Source: Actinomycetes bacterium (lineage in GTDB: Bacteria > Actinomycetota > Actinomycetes > Nanopelagicales > Nanopelagicaceae). From it: a DNA stretch of 64,000 nt. Below the pieces are notes generated by a model that saw only the letters and a list, made by a program, of their open reading frames with translations, searched no databases and had not been told where the DNA came from. The stretch lies in assembly GCA_037138575.1 (NCBI GenBank), contig JBAXIC010000001.1, positions 1,556 to 65,555 on the forward strand. The letters run 5' to 3'. The stretch's first letter is position 1. Every line of letters begins with the position of its first letter. Both the position numbers and the translations under genes were made by a program. Shown piece after piece: positions 1 to 10,359 of the stretch.

Positions 1-25
1 AACGTAGATCTTCTAAAAGGTTCAT
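1..25 (-). CDS. tyrS: Probable tyrosyl-tRNA synthetase, 5' end only (runs off the window)
   Basis: ATG at 25 overlaps the argH TGA (ATGA) and reads MNLLEDLR, typical of the actinobacterial TyrS N-terminus; argH-tyrS synteny is common. Only 8 codons are visible. Confidence 0.65.
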
Positions 26-1449
26 GCGCCCATCATCTCTGAAAATGCCTGTTGCTTGTCGGCTATTTTCTTAGCATGCGAATCGTTATTTAATTGAGCA
101 ACCTTGATTTGTTCGGTCACCAATACTGGTGCTGTTCCACCTAATGTAATCCGCGAACTTAATGCTCCAGAGACCGTTAATACTTCACGCACTCCCCCAT
201 CTAGGGATGGATGTACCTCGGCGAATTCGTCATCTGTTAACTGATGCAATTGGCGTCCTGAACTTTCGCAGAGGGCAACACATTTTCCTGCGGCTTCATG
301 CGCGGAAGCAAACGGAATATTCTTTCGGACTAAGTAATCCGCAATCTCAGTTGCAAGTGAAAAACCAGTTGGAGCCGCAAGTGCCATCTTCTCGCGGTCG
401 AAATCTGTAGTGGCAATCATTCCGGTAACTGCTGGCAAAACTAACAACAAAGTATCGAAACTATCGAACAAAGGCTCTTTGTCTTCTTGCAAATCTCGAT
501 TGTAAGCAAAAGGTAATCCCTTAAGCATCGTCATTACTGCAACAAGATTTCCAATGAGGCGACCAGATTTTCCTCTTGCGAGTTCGGCCATATCGGGATT
601 CTTCTTCTGCGGCATGATCGAGGAGCCAGTTGAATATTCATCGGCAACTTTTGCCCAAGCAAACTCGGTCGATGCCCACAAAGTCCATTCTTCGCCAATA
701 CGCGATAAATGAACTCCAATCGTTGCAAAGATAAACAAAGCTTCAGCTACATAGTCTCGATCACTTACTGCATCGATACTGTTAGCGAAAACTGAATCGA
801 AGCCTAGATTTTTAGCCGTGAAAGATGGATCCAATGGAAGTGACGAGCCTGCAAGTGCGCCTGCTCCGAGCGAACTCACTGAGGCACGTTTAAACCAATC
901 GTTAATGCGATCGAGATCGCGCGAAAAAGCATGTGCGTGCTTAGCGATTTCATGTCCAAATGAAACTGGTTGAGCATGTTGGATATGCGTAAATCCCGGT
1001 GCACTGTCTTCGATGTATTCACTGGCTTTGGCCAAAATTGCAGAATTCAATTGAGTTATAAGCAGTGCGATTTCGAGCATGTGATCAATAGCAAAGAGAC
1101 GAAGATCTGTGGTTACTTGGTCATTTCTAGAACGGCCCGCACGAAGCGCTCCACCAACGGGACCAAGTTTTTGGGTTAATCCCCTTTCAAGTGCGCTGTG
1201 TACATCCTCATCGTGTGCTGCAGCGATGAAGGAACCATCGAGCACCTCGGCAGAGAGTTGCTTCAACGCCGTGCGAATGGAAGCGGCATCATCTTTATTG
1301 ATAAGTGCGCTTGATTCGAGCACAGAGAGATGGGCCAAAGAGGAACGAATATCGTATGGAGCTAAACGCCAGTCGAAATGCACGCTGCGAGAAAGGGCAA
1401 AGACAGCATCGGCTGGCCCACCAGAAAAGCGACCACCCCAGAGTGCCAT
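22..1449 (-). CDS. argH: Argininosuccinate lyase
   Basis: MALWGGRF start, GRSRNDQV and GSSIMPQKKNPD signature motifs. Confidence 0.98.
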   Translation of the reverse strand: MALWGGRFSGGPADAVFALSRSVHFDWRLAPYDIRSSLAHLSVLESSALINKDDAASIRTALKQLSAEVLDGSFIAAAHDEDVHSALERGLTQKLGPVGGALRAGRSRNDQVTTDLRLFAIDHMLEIALLITQLNSAILAKASEYIEDSAPGFTHIQHAQPVSFGHEIAKHAHAFSRDLDRINDWFKRASVSSLGAGALAGSSLPLDPSFTAKNLGFDSVFANSIDAVSDRDYVAEALFIFATIGVHLSRIGEEWTLWASTEFAWAKVADEYSTGSSIMPQKKNPDMAELARGKSGRLIGNLVAVMTMLKGLPFAYNRDLQEDKEPLFDSFDTLLLVLPAVTGMIATTDFDREKMALAAPTGFSLATEIADYLVRKNIPFASAHEAAGKCVALCESSGRQLHQLTDDEFAEVHPSLDGGVREVLTVSGALSSRITLGGTAPVLVTEQIKVAQLNNDSHAKKIADKQQAFSEMMGA

Positions 1450-1935
1450 CTACTTTCTCCCATTCTTTGTGGCTGCGTAAGCCAGTAATTCTTTCGCTAA
1501 TTGCGCCCCACCAGTGGCTTTCTTGGACACAAGGATAATCGTGTCGTCTCCAGCAATTGTGCCGATGACACCTGTGAGATTGGCGTGATCGAGTGAGCTG
1601 GCGACAAATTGAGCCGCTCCCGGTGGAGTATGAATCACGGCCAGATTCGCACTGTGATCTACTGAAAGAATTAATTTTGAAGGAACAGGATTTATGCGAG
1701 ACAAAGCATCATCTGATGAATCACTTATTTGATAAATGGATTCTCCATCTTTTCCGCGGGCTCGCACGGCACCGATTTCCTCTAAATCGCGGCTAGCAGT
1801 TGCTTGTGTAACGCGATATCCATTTTTTTTGAGGGCAACTACCAAATCAGATTGCGAATGAATGACTCCAGATTGAATAAGTGCAATTGCCTTTGCACGA
1901 CGTGCTGAAAGATTGGTCGCGTTACTTGTCATCAC
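1450..1935 (-). CDS. argR: Arginine repressor
   Basis: TQATASRDL HTH motif and C-terminal GTIAGDDT motif. Confidence 0.97.
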   Translation of the reverse strand: MMTSNATNLSARRAKAIALIQSGVIHSQSDLVVALKKNGYRVTQATASRDLEEIGAVRARGKDGESIYQISDSSDDALSRINPVPSKLILSVDHSANLAVIHTPPGAAQFVASSLDHANLTGVIGTIAGDDTIILVSKKATGGAQLAKELLAYAATKNGRK

Positions 1936-3091
1936 TTAGCACCTTTCTGAATATAGAAATGAACTTTCTAATTTGTGTTTCGGTGACTGTAAGTGCCGGT
2001 GCAATTCGAATAGTTGATGCATTTGCTGCATTTACAAGCACACCTGCCTCCATCATCGCCTGAGCGGTTTGTGATGCCTTTGCAGTTTCTAATTCAATTC
2101 CAATTAACAAACCTGCACCACGGACTTCTTTAACTCCTGGGATGATCGCAATTTCGGTCAATAGATATTCATGATGAGCGACGGCCTTCTCCATCAACTT
2201 CTCTTTTTCAATCACAGAGATCGCCGCCAATCCGGCAGCTGTGGTTACAGGGTTACCGCCAAAAGTAGATCCGTGATCACCTGCTTGAAATAAGTTAGCC
2301 GCCTTACCTAGTGCAATCATGGCACCCAGAGGTAATCCCCCACCGAGACCTTTGGCAAGTGTTATTACATCAGGTTTAATTCCAGAGTATTCATAACCAA
2401 ACCAATCACCTGTTCGACCCATTCCTGTTTGCACAGCATCAATTACTAGTAGTGCACCATACTTGTCGCAGAGTTGTCGCACGTTTGCTAAATAATCAAT
2501 CGGTGGAATGATGACTCCAGCTTCACCCATGATTGGTTCAAGAATTACCATCGCGGTTTTCTTATTGATTGCACGGCGCATCGAATCTATGTCACCAAAT
2601 GGAACGTGCTTTATGCCTTTGATCAAAGGAAGAAATGGTTCGCGCTTTGCGGGTTGGCCGGTAAGCGAGAGTGCACCCATTGTTCGGCCGTGAAAAGCAC
2701 CCTGGGCAGCGATTACACGGTTACGTCCGCTACGACGAGAGAGTTTTAGCGCCGCTTCATTTGCTTCAGCCCCTGATTGACAGAAGAAGACACGTGCGGT
2801 TTTATCACCGGTCATTGATATTAATTTGCTTGCAAGAGCTAATGCATTGGGATGGGCATAAAAATTACTGACGTGACCTAACTGAGCAATCTGACTGCTT
2901 ACAGCTTTTACGATTGATGGATGTGCATGCCCTAGAACATTTGCGGCGATGCCGCCCAGAAAATCTAAATACGTCTTGCCATCGGCATCGGTTACAACCA
3001 ATCCTTTACCATTTACCAAAGCTAAAGTAGGAGTACCGTAGTTATTCTGAGTTGTTTGGTTCCAGGATTTGATGTAATCAGAGTTTTTCAT
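1922..3091 (-). CDS. argD: Acetylornithine aminotransferase
   Basis: Class III PLP aminotransferase (SGAEANEAALK, FHGRT, DAVQTG, LAKGLGGG, HGSTFGGNP) inside the arg operon. Confidence 0.96.
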   Translation of the reverse strand: MKNSDYIKSWNQTTQNNYGTPTLALVNGKGLVVTDADGKTYLDFLGGIAANVLGHAHPSIVKAVSSQIAQLGHVSNFYAHPNALALASKLISMTGDKTARVFFCQSGAEANEAALKLSRRSGRNRVIAAQGAFHGRTMGALSLTGQPAKREPFLPLIKGIKHVPFGDIDSMRRAINKKTAMVILEPIMGEAGVIIPPIDYLANVRQLCDKYGALLVIDAVQTGMGRTGDWFGYEYSGIKPDVITLAKGLGGGLPLGAMIALGKAANLFQAGDHGSTFGGNPVTTAAGLAAISVIEKEKLMEKAVAHHEYLLTEIAIIPGVKEVRGAGLLIGIELETAKASQTAQAMMEAGVLVNAANASTIRIAPALTVTETQIRKFISIFRKVLSDDK

Positions 3092-3873
3092 GCAAACACC
3101 AACGTTCCGCTATTACCTAGTAACGCTTGGGCAAAACTATCCGGGTCCGTGCCATCGATAATGCGAACTGCTTTTGCTCCAGCAGCGATTGCATCTAAAG
3201 CCGCTTGTACTTTTGGCGCCATGCCCTGAGCAAATGAGGATTTCAATGATGCGAGTTCTTCTGCGCGAATAGATTCAATGAGTGAATCTTTATCGGGCCA
3301 ATTTCGATAAATACCAGCAACATCAGTCATGATTATTAGCGCAGAAGCATCCATCGCTCCGGCGATTGCAGCAGCAGCTAGATCGGCATTTACATTTAAA
3401 CCATTATTCGAATCTTGGTCAGCGCTCAGTGGAGCAATAACAGGAATAATTCCTGAATCAAGAAGGGTCTTTATCTGTGAAGTATCTACTGACACAACAT
3501 CACCTACCTGACCTAAATCAGCGCTAGATCCATCCACTAATGATGTCTTTCTCTTTGAAACTAAGGTTGGAAGATCACGGGCCGAAATTGCTTGAGCTTT
3601 AATTCCACTGCTAATGAGCGCTTTAACTACTTCTGGGCCAACTTCTTGCGATAATACTTGTTCCACTACATCAAAAATCTGGGCTGTTGTGAAGCGAAAG
3701 CCTCCAACAAATGAACTCTCAATACCTTTTGCCTTGAGTGCCGCATCAATCTGTGGACCTCCGCCGTGGACCACAACTACTGATTCGCCAGCGTTTTGCG
3801 CTGATTGAATCGCCTTGGAGAATGCACCATTTTCATCTTTCATGGCATGGCCACCGAATTTCACGACAATCAT
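3088..3873 (-). CDS. argB: Acetylglutamate kinase
   Basis: VVKFGG, VHGGGPQI, NVNAD and GMAPKV motifs. Confidence 0.97.
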   Translation of the reverse strand: MIVVKFGGHAMKDENGAFSKAIQSAQNAGESVVVVHGGGPQIDAALKAKGIESSFVGGFRFTTAQIFDVVEQVLSQEVGPEVVKALISSGIKAQAISARDLPTLVSKRKTSLVDGSSADLGQVGDVVSVDTSQIKTLLDSGIIPVIAPLSADQDSNNGLNVNADLAAAAIAGAMDASALIIMTDVAGIYRNWPDKDSLIESIRAEELASLKSSFAQGMAPKVQAALDAIAAGAKAVRIIDGTDPDSFAQALLGNSGTLVFA

Positions 3874-5012
3874 GTTGAGTAGGCCGAATTCTCATGGACA
3901 TAATCGTGCGATAAGTCATTAGTCATTACTGTTGCAGACTCACTACCAACCTTTAAGTCAATAAGTATTTCAACTAGTCGTTCAGAGAAATCAACTGTTG
4001 ATTTGTCAGCATCTGGTGCGCTGTTAGTACAGACCTGTACCCCATTGAGTGAAACATCGATTGATAGTGGTTCCATGTGCGCATCTGCGGTACCTACGGC
4101 TGCAAGAACTCTGCCCCAATTAGGATCACTACCGAATATTGCAGCTTTGAGAAGATTGTTACGTGCACATGCCCTAGCTACTTGTACGGCATCTTCTTCT
4201 GAAACTGCGTTTACCACGGTAATAGCAACAGATTTAGTTGAACCCTCAGCATCTGCAATCAACTGTTGAGAAAGTGAGCCGCAGACTTGCATCAATAAAG
4301 CTTCCAGCTCGGAATCAGAAATCTTGATACCTGTAGCACCTGATGCCATGAAAACGACCGTGTCATTTGTTGATGTACATCCATCTGAATCAATGCGGTT
4401 ATAGGTGCGATCAGCCACTGTGGCAAATATATTGGCAGCATTTTCACTGACTACGGCATCAGTCATTACAACTGAAAGCATTGTTGCAAGGGCCGGTGCC
4501 AACATTCCAGCACCCTTTGCGATTCCAACTACTTGCACGGAACCTAGTAATGCGCGCGCAATTTTTGGGACAGTATCCGTTGTCATAATTGCTCGTGCAC
4601 AATCTTCTAATGAATCGATACTGAGTCCCGGTGCAATCCCTTCAAGACCGGTGATGATTTTTTGCATTGGAAGCAACTCACCGATTAACCCTGTTGAACA
4701 AACCACAACTTCTCCAGGTGAAATATCCAGCAGTTGGCCTACAACTTCTGCAGTTTTATGGGTATCGGCAAAACCTTGTGGACCTGTACAAGCATTTGCG
4801 CCACCAGAGTTCAAAACTACTGCACGGATGATTTCTTCCTTCACGACTTGTTTACTCCAAATCACTGGAGCTGCAACAACTTTATTGGAAGTAAATACTG
4901 CTGTACCGAAAAATGAAGGTCCAGCATTTAAAATTAGGGTTAAATCAAGAGCGCTAGAGCTTTTGAGTCCGGCAGCACAGGCGCCACCGATAAAACCCAA
5001 AGGTAGTTTCAT
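3870..5012 (-). CDS. argJ: Ornithine acetyltransferase / N-acetylglutamate synthase
   Basis: NSGGANACTG, IMTTDT, KGAGMLAPALATML autocleavage region, STNDT, DPNWGR. Confidence 0.97.
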   Translation of the reverse strand: MKLPLGFIGGACAAGLKSSSALDLTLILNAGPSFFGTAVFTSNKVVAAPVIWSKQVVKEEIIRAVVLNSGGANACTGPQGFADTHKTAEVVGQLLDISPGEVVVCSTGLIGELLPMQKIITGLEGIAPGLSIDSLEDCARAIMTTDTVPKIARALLGSVQVVGIAKGAGMLAPALATMLSVVMTDAVVSENAANIFATVADRTYNRIDSDGCTSTNDTVVFMASGATGIKISDSELEALLMQVCGSLSQQLIADAEGSTKSVAITVVNAVSEEDAVQVARACARNNLLKAAIFGSDPNWGRVLAAVGTADAHMEPLSIDVSLNGVQVCTNSAPDADKSTVDFSERLVEILIDLKVGSESATVMTNDLSHDYVHENSAYST

Positions 5013-6031
5013 ATGCCCAACCCATCAGTAGATAAACCGGAGCCTTCATGAAATCCAGAAATGATATTTGCATTTTGAATTGCTTGGCTTGCTGCACCCT
5101 TACCTAAATTATCTATTGCAACGCTAATCACTATCCGGTTTGTATGTTCATCAACAGCAACTTGAATCTGTACTTTATTTGATCCCGTTACTGACCCGGT
5201 CTTTGGCATCTGCCCAATTGGAAGAACATCCACAAAATATTCATCTTCGTATGCCATTGTAAATACTTCGTAAGCTTGCTCGGTGGTCATACTTTTCGTT
5301 AACTTGGCAGTTATTGTTGCCAGAATTCCGCGCGGCATTGGTGCAAGAATCGGCGTGAAAGAAATAACTGCGGACTTACCCGCAACACCAGAGATTGCTT
5401 GTTCAATTTCGGGGGTGTGCTGATGTACTCCCCCGAATTTGTATGAAGTGAGCGAACCCATGACCTCACTTGCAATCAGATTGATCTTTGCACTGCGCCC
5501 AGCACCAGTAGTTCCGGAAGCCGCTACTACAACAATGTCACTTACATCAATGAAATCAACTGCAGGTGCGCATCCAAGTGAAATCGCTGTTGCGTAACAT
5601 CCAGGATTTGCCACTCTGGTCTCTTTTGCAATCGCCTCACGCTGACCAATTGCAAGCTCTGGTAATCCATAAACCCAAGCACCTGCATATGTTCCACCGT
5701 AATATTTCTCCCACTTTGCAGAGTTTTCTAACCTGTAATCAGCACCAAGATCGACAACCTTGGTTGAAGCCGGAATTTTTTCGATAATAGCTGCGGATTC
5801 CCCAGGTGGAAGAGCAATGAAGACAAGTTCAATATCTGAAAAATCAATTTCGTTAACAGAGACAAACTTGTCGCCGTTATGCTTAGTTAAGTGCGGGTGT
5901 ACTGAGGTTATGAGCTCACCGGCATTGGAGTACGCACTAATGGCTGTTACTTCAAAATATGGGTGGACTGCTAGCAAGCGAAGGAGTTCTCCGCCGGCAT
6001 AGCCGCTGGCGCCGATGACCGCTGTTTTCAT
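5009..6031 (-). CDS. argC: N-acetyl-gamma-glutamyl-phosphate reductase
   Basis: GASGYAGGEL, ANPGCYAT, HQHTPEI and DNLGKGA motifs. Confidence 0.97.
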   Translation of the reverse strand: MKTAVIGASGYAGGELLRLLAVHPYFEVTAISAYSNAGELITSVHPHLTKHNGDKFVSVNEIDFSDIELVFIALPPGESAAIIEKIPASTKVVDLGADYRLENSAKWEKYYGGTYAGAWVYGLPELAIGQREAIAKETRVANPGCYATAISLGCAPAVDFIDVSDIVVVAASGTTGAGRSAKINLIASEVMGSLTSYKFGGVHQHTPEIEQAISGVAGKSAVISFTPILAPMPRGILATITAKLTKSMTTEQAYEVFTMAYEDEYFVDVLPIGQMPKTGSVTGSNKVQIQVAVDEHTNRIVISVAIDNLGKGAASQAIQNANIISGFHEGSGLSTDGLGI

Positions 6032-6037
6032 GAAACT

Positions 6038-6086
6038 AGGCTAATGTAAAACGGATAATTATGCAAACATATGCATAATTATGCGG
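6038..6086 (-). promoter_or_regulatory. argC leaderless promoter (-10 TAGCCT, 6038-6043) with two tandem ARG boxes (6051-6066 and 6071-6086)
   Basis: ACGGATAATTATGCAA and ATGCATAATTATGCGG are imperfect TGCATA-N2-TATGCA palindromes 20 bp apart, directly upstream of the arg operon. The -10 lies 6 nt before the ATG. Confidence 0.85.
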
Positions 6087-8535
6087 TACGAACGATTGCT
6101 CCACACTTTTGTAGAGCAATGGACGTGGCAGACTCGCGCATAGCTGAAACTTCATCGCCGGTGAGCGTGCGGTCGGCGGCTCGGAATACTAAAGAAAAAG
6201 CTAGCGAGATCTTCCCTTCACCTAACTTGTCGTATCGATCAAAGAGTGTGATTGACTCAAGAAGTTCACCAGCACCCTCACGCAGCGCCGCCTCAACATC
6301 GCTAGCCGAGACATCTGCGTCAACAATTAAAGCCACATCTTGCAAAGCTGCGGGCATTGTTCCAACAGTGGTTGGTCGAACCAATACTGAGTCAGGAAGG
6401 GCACTCAGGCCTACGGCGAAGGCGACACTTCTTTCAGGCAACGCATACTTGGCAACGATTCGAGGGTGAAGTTCGCCGGCATGCGCAACTGCCTTACCAT
6501 CTACGATTAATTCGGCGCATCGACCAGGGTGCCATGGTGCAAAATCTGAGCGCTTGATGCTCCATTCAAGATTGCAGAGTTTAAGAATATCTTGGGCATA
6601 TTCGATTGCATCTTGCCACGTGTATGAACGAGCTTTACCTTGCCAATTCTCATTCTCAATCTTTCCAACCAGCAACCCTGCAACGTGATACGCCTGGGAG
6701 GGAACAGAAGTGAAAATCTCGTCAATAATTTTTCGACTTGGACGTGAAGAAATATCGGGTGAGATTGCGGGAATAAGTTTCTGAGAACTGCGAAATATCG
6801 AACCCATTTCAAAGATTGCAAAATCTTTGGCTCCGCGACTTATGTTGCGTTGAGCTACTTCGATTAAACCAGGTACTAAATGGACCCGCATCAAAGGAAA
6901 CTCTTCCGACATTGGATTGGCGATTGCGTACGTTGCAGCACGATCTCCCACGAATCCCATGGCATCAATCGTTTCTTGATTTGTAAAAGGGAAAGTTTGG
7001 ACTTCAGCTAAACCTCGGCTGGCCAGCATTGTTGCAACAGCACGTCGACGTTTTTGCGTAGGGGTTAATGAGGCGTGCTTGGGACGAGGAGGCAAAACTG
7101 ATGGGATCTTGTCGTAACCAATCATGCGGGCTACTTCTTCAGTGAAATCTGCTGCAGTGAGTAGATCTGAACGCCACGAAGGTGGGTCAATCGCCCAAGT
7201 GGTTTCATCTACATCGCAACCGATCAAACGTAAAATTTGAGCAATTTGCGTCGTTGGAATATCAAAGCCAAGAATTTTAGAAACATAGTTTGGATCGATT
7301 GTGACAACGGGTGCATAAATCGGCTCACCATCGATGACAGTGGCTACATGTTGAGCCGAACTGTTTTCGGTAAGTAACTGCACAAATCGAGCTGACGCAA
7401 ACTGCGCAAGTGATGGATCAACGCTTCTTTCAAGTCGGCGCGATGCTTCGGATGAAAGTTTGTGGCGCCTAGAGTTCTTAGCGATACATGTTGGATCAAA
7501 TCGAACGGCTTCTAAGGCAATATCGGTGGTCGTGTCAGTAATCTCAGAAGATGCCCCACCCATTGTTCCTGCGAGTGCTAAAGGTTGGTCGTCATCACAA
7601 ACCATCAAATCATCTGGATCTAATTGCCGAATCTGGCCATCTAGAGTTGTGAAGGCTTGCGTTTTTCCAGCACGTTTTACCGTTAAGCCACCCTTAATCT
7701 TTGATTTATCAAAGGCATGCAACGGTTGTCCAAGTTCGAGCATCACATAATTTGTTACATCAACTACCAATGAAATAGAGCGCATGCCCATTTTTTCGAT
7801 GCGACGGCGCATCCACAAAGGTGTAGTAGCAACTGGATCAAAGTTTGAGAGTGTTCGCAAATAAAATACTGATGCAGTTGAACGATCTGCAATTTTGGCG
7901 GTTACGCCCTTACCTATTTCTTTAAACTCTAGAGTTCGCAGTGCTTCTACAGGATCTTTGTACTGCAATCCAAGTGATCCGGCTACTTCACGAGCTATTC
8001 CGCGAATGCTCAATGCGTAACCACGATCAGGATTTACGGCTATATCGAAAATCACATCGTTGATCTGCAATCCTTCTACGGCATCATCGCCGATTTTTGC
8101 ATCTGTATCTGTAAATACCATGATTCCTGCGTGTTCATCACTAATGCCAAGTTCGCGTGCAGAACAAATCATTCCATTAGAGGTTTTACCGTAAGTTTCG
8201 CGCGCACTTATCGCAAAATCTCCTGGAAGAACCGCACCAGGAAGCGCCGCAACAATTAAATCCCCAACTGCAAAATTGGTAGCACCACAGATGACATAGC
8301 GTATTTCTTTCTCTCCGCAATCTAGGCCAACGTAGCGAATTGGCTTTTTATGTTCGGTCAACTCTTCAATTGAAATAACTCTGGCAAATTTCAAGGGACC
8401 CGTTAAATCAGCGCCTTGATAAATAATATCTTCGACTTCAAAGCCGACACGAATTAGTCCATCTGAAATCTGATCAGCAGTAATTGATGAAGGGATTTCA
8501 ACAAACTCTTTGAGCCATGACAGTGGTGCGCGCAT
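6079..8535 (-). CDS. pheT: Phenylalanyl-tRNA synthetase beta subunit
   Basis: MRAPLSWL start, tRNA-binding domain (CGATN, SNGMICS), B3/4 domain and C-terminal FDX-ACB domain. Confidence 0.98.
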   Translation of the reverse strand: MRAPLSWLKEFVEIPSSITADQISDGLIRVGFEVEDIIYQGADLTGPLKFARVISIEELTEHKKPIRYVGLDCGEKEIRYVICGATNFAVGDLIVAALPGAVLPGDFAISARETYGKTSNGMICSARELGISDEHAGIMVFTDTDAKIGDDAVEGLQINDVIFDIAVNPDRGYALSIRGIAREVAGSLGLQYKDPVEALRTLEFKEIGKGVTAKIADRSTASVFYLRTLSNFDPVATTPLWMRRRIEKMGMRSISLVVDVTNYVMLELGQPLHAFDKSKIKGGLTVKRAGKTQAFTTLDGQIRQLDPDDLMVCDDDQPLALAGTMGGASSEITDTTTDIALEAVRFDPTCIAKNSRRHKLSSEASRRLERSVDPSLAQFASARFVQLLTENSSAQHVATVIDGEPIYAPVVTIDPNYVSKILGFDIPTTQIAQILRLIGCDVDETTWAIDPPSWRSDLLTAADFTEEVARMIGYDKIPSVLPPRPKHASLTPTQKRRRAVATMLASRGLAEVQTFPFTNQETIDAMGFVGDRAATYAIANPMSEEFPLMRVHLVPGLIEVAQRNISRGAKDFAIFEMGSIFRSSQKLIPAISPDISSRPSRKIIDEIFTSVPSQAYHVAGLLVGKIENENWQGKARSYTWQDAIEYAQDILKLCNLEWSIKRSDFAPWHPGRCAELIVDGKAVAHAGELHPRIVAKYALPERSVAFAVGLSALPDSVLVRPTTVGTMPAALQDVALIVDADVSASDVEAALREGAGELLESITLFDRYDKLGEGKISLAFSLVFRAADRTLTGDEVSAMRESATSIALQKCGAIVRTA

Positions 8536-9542
8536 TACAGACCCACTCCAAACTGACGAGTAAAGCGTAGGTCGCCTTCAACGATGTCGTGCATGTCGGT
8601 GATGCCGTGGCGAACCATCAAGGTTCGCTCTAACCCCATTCCAAATGCGAAACCGCTATACACGTCGGTATTTATGCCGCACGTTGCTAGAACTTTAGGG
8701 TTAACCATTCCGCATCCACCCCATTCGATCCAACGATTATTGAAAAAGATATCTACTTCAGCACTTGGTTCAGTGAACGGGAAAAACGATGGGCGAAGTC
8801 GTGTCGTGACATCAGGACCAAACATGTGACGCGCGAAATTATCTAAAGTTCCTTTTAGGTGCGCCATCGTTATGCCTTTATCGATTACTAAACCCTCAAC
8901 TTGATGAAAAACTGGACTGTGGGTTGCATCGAGTTCATCGGCACGAAAAGTTCGCCCTGGACAGATGATGTAAATCGGTGGCTCTTGAGTCAACATTGAG
9001 CGAATTTGCACCGGTGAGGTATGAGTGCGCAAGACCATTCCAGATTCAACGGGCTCTATGAAAAATGTGTCCTGCATTGTGCGAGCTGGATGATCGGCGG
9101 GAATGTTGAGAGCATCGAAATTGAGCCATCCGGATTCAAGTTCTGGTCCCTCTTCAACGGAGTAACCCTGTTCGATGAAGAAATCTGAGACTTCATTTTT
9201 GATAATCGAAATTGGATGTAAACCGCCACGGTGTCTACGGTTTACAGGCAAGGTAATATCTACAACTTCTTCTAACAAAACTTTCTTATCTCGCAACGCC
9301 TCTAAATCAGATGTTGCCTGGGCAAGTGCTTGGGCAATCGCGGCTTTTGCCTCTCCAATAATTTTGCCGAAGCTGGCCTTTTCCTCTGGAGAAAGTGAAC
9401 CTAAAGTTCGGGAAGCAAGAGAGATAGGTGCCTTATCCCCCGAATGCGCTAGACGGGCGACTTTCAAAGAATCTAAATCTGTAGCTGCGCTAAAAGCGAG
9501 TTGAGCATCTCTAACCCACTGTGTGACTTCTTCTCGGCGCAT
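8535..9542 (-). CDS. pheS: Phenylalanyl-tRNA synthetase alpha subunit
   Basis: HPARTMQDTF, LRTHTSPVQ, FPFTEPS and GFAFGMGLER motifs. Confidence 0.98.
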   Translation of the reverse strand: MRREEVTQWVRDAQLAFSAATDLDSLKVARLAHSGDKAPISLASRTLGSLSPEEKASFGKIIGEAKAAIAQALAQATSDLEALRDKKVLLEEVVDITLPVNRRHRGGLHPISIIKNEVSDFFIEQGYSVEEGPELESGWLNFDALNIPADHPARTMQDTFFIEPVESGMVLRTHTSPVQIRSMLTQEPPIYIICPGRTFRADELDATHSPVFHQVEGLVIDKGITMAHLKGTLDNFARHMFGPDVTTRLRPSFFPFTEPSAEVDIFFNNRWIEWGGCGMVNPKVLATCGINTDVYSGFAFGMGLERTLMVRHGITDMHDIVEGDLRFTRQFGVGL

Positions 9543-9567
9543 ATCGCGAACTCTATCGTGTGAGAGT

Positions 9568-10350
9568 TTAGGAAGTCGGGATATTTGCTAGGTGATACAT
9601 GACAATGGTTGCTGCTGAGGAGAGATTAAGGCTTTCAGCATTACCGGGCATCGAGATTTTGACTTGCTCGATGGAATCAGTGGGTTGCCCAGTTGCTAAT
9701 CCCCTAGCTTCATTTCCGAAAATCGCCACGCAGTCTTTGATGATCTCTAGCTCGGACAGAGATTTTTTCCCTTCGGCGCCTAACGTAAAGGCTTGCACCT
9801 CTAGATTTAGAACTTTTGAAAGTTCAACGTCTTCAAATACTGGGATGTGCCACAGTGAACCTGCAGTACTTCGAACAACCTTTGGTGAATAGATATCAAC
9901 ACTTCCTGGAGATGTAAACACTGCATCGATACCAAAGGCATCGGCTGAGCGAATTATTGTTCCTGCATTTCCGGGATCTTGGATTTCAGATAGGTAGATG
10001 AATTTGCGGTGGCCATTGAGTGCTATGGAATCAAAACTTGTTGACGGCTTCGAGCAGATCGCGAGAATACCTTGTGGCGTAATTGTCTCGGACATGGCCT
10101 TCATAACATCTTCAGAGACATCAATGACATTGAAGGAATCTAGGTTAGTTAGTAATTCAACTTTGCTTCGGCCCGACGGAGTTAAATAGAGAGTTTCAAT
10201 TACAGGTCCATTTTTTGATACTAAAGCTTCGCGCGCACATTGCATTCCTTCTGCAACAAACTGGCCCGCATTCCTTCTTTCTTTTGTACCTCGAGAACCA
10301 ATAAGAGCCTTAACTCGCGCAATATGTGGCGAGTTAAGGCTCTCAATCAT
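9568..10350 (-). CDS. TrmH/SpoU-family RNA methyltransferase
   Basis: QDPGNAGTIIRSA, FGNEARG and ESLNLSSA SPOUT motifs; conserved position between rplT and pheS. Confidence 0.93.
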   Translation of the reverse strand: MIESLNSPHIARVKALIGSRGTKERRNAGQFVAEGMQCAREALVSKNGPVIETLYLTPSGRSKVELLTNLDSFNVIDVSEDVMKAMSETITPQGILAICSKPSTSFDSIALNGHRKFIYLSEIQDPGNAGTIIRSADAFGIDAVFTSPGSVDIYSPKVVRSTAGSLWHIPVFEDVELSKVLNLEVQAFTLGAEGKKSLSELEIIKDCVAIFGNEARGLATGQPTDSIEQVKISMPGNAESLNLSSAATIVMYHLANIPTS

Positions 10351-10359
10351 TGGATTCTA

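Noticed and set aside
4405-5031. 208-aa ORF antisense to argJ, and the many other 60-180 aa antisense or alternate-frame ORFs
   Set aside because: All lie entirely within well-supported genes and look like reverse-complement codon shadows.
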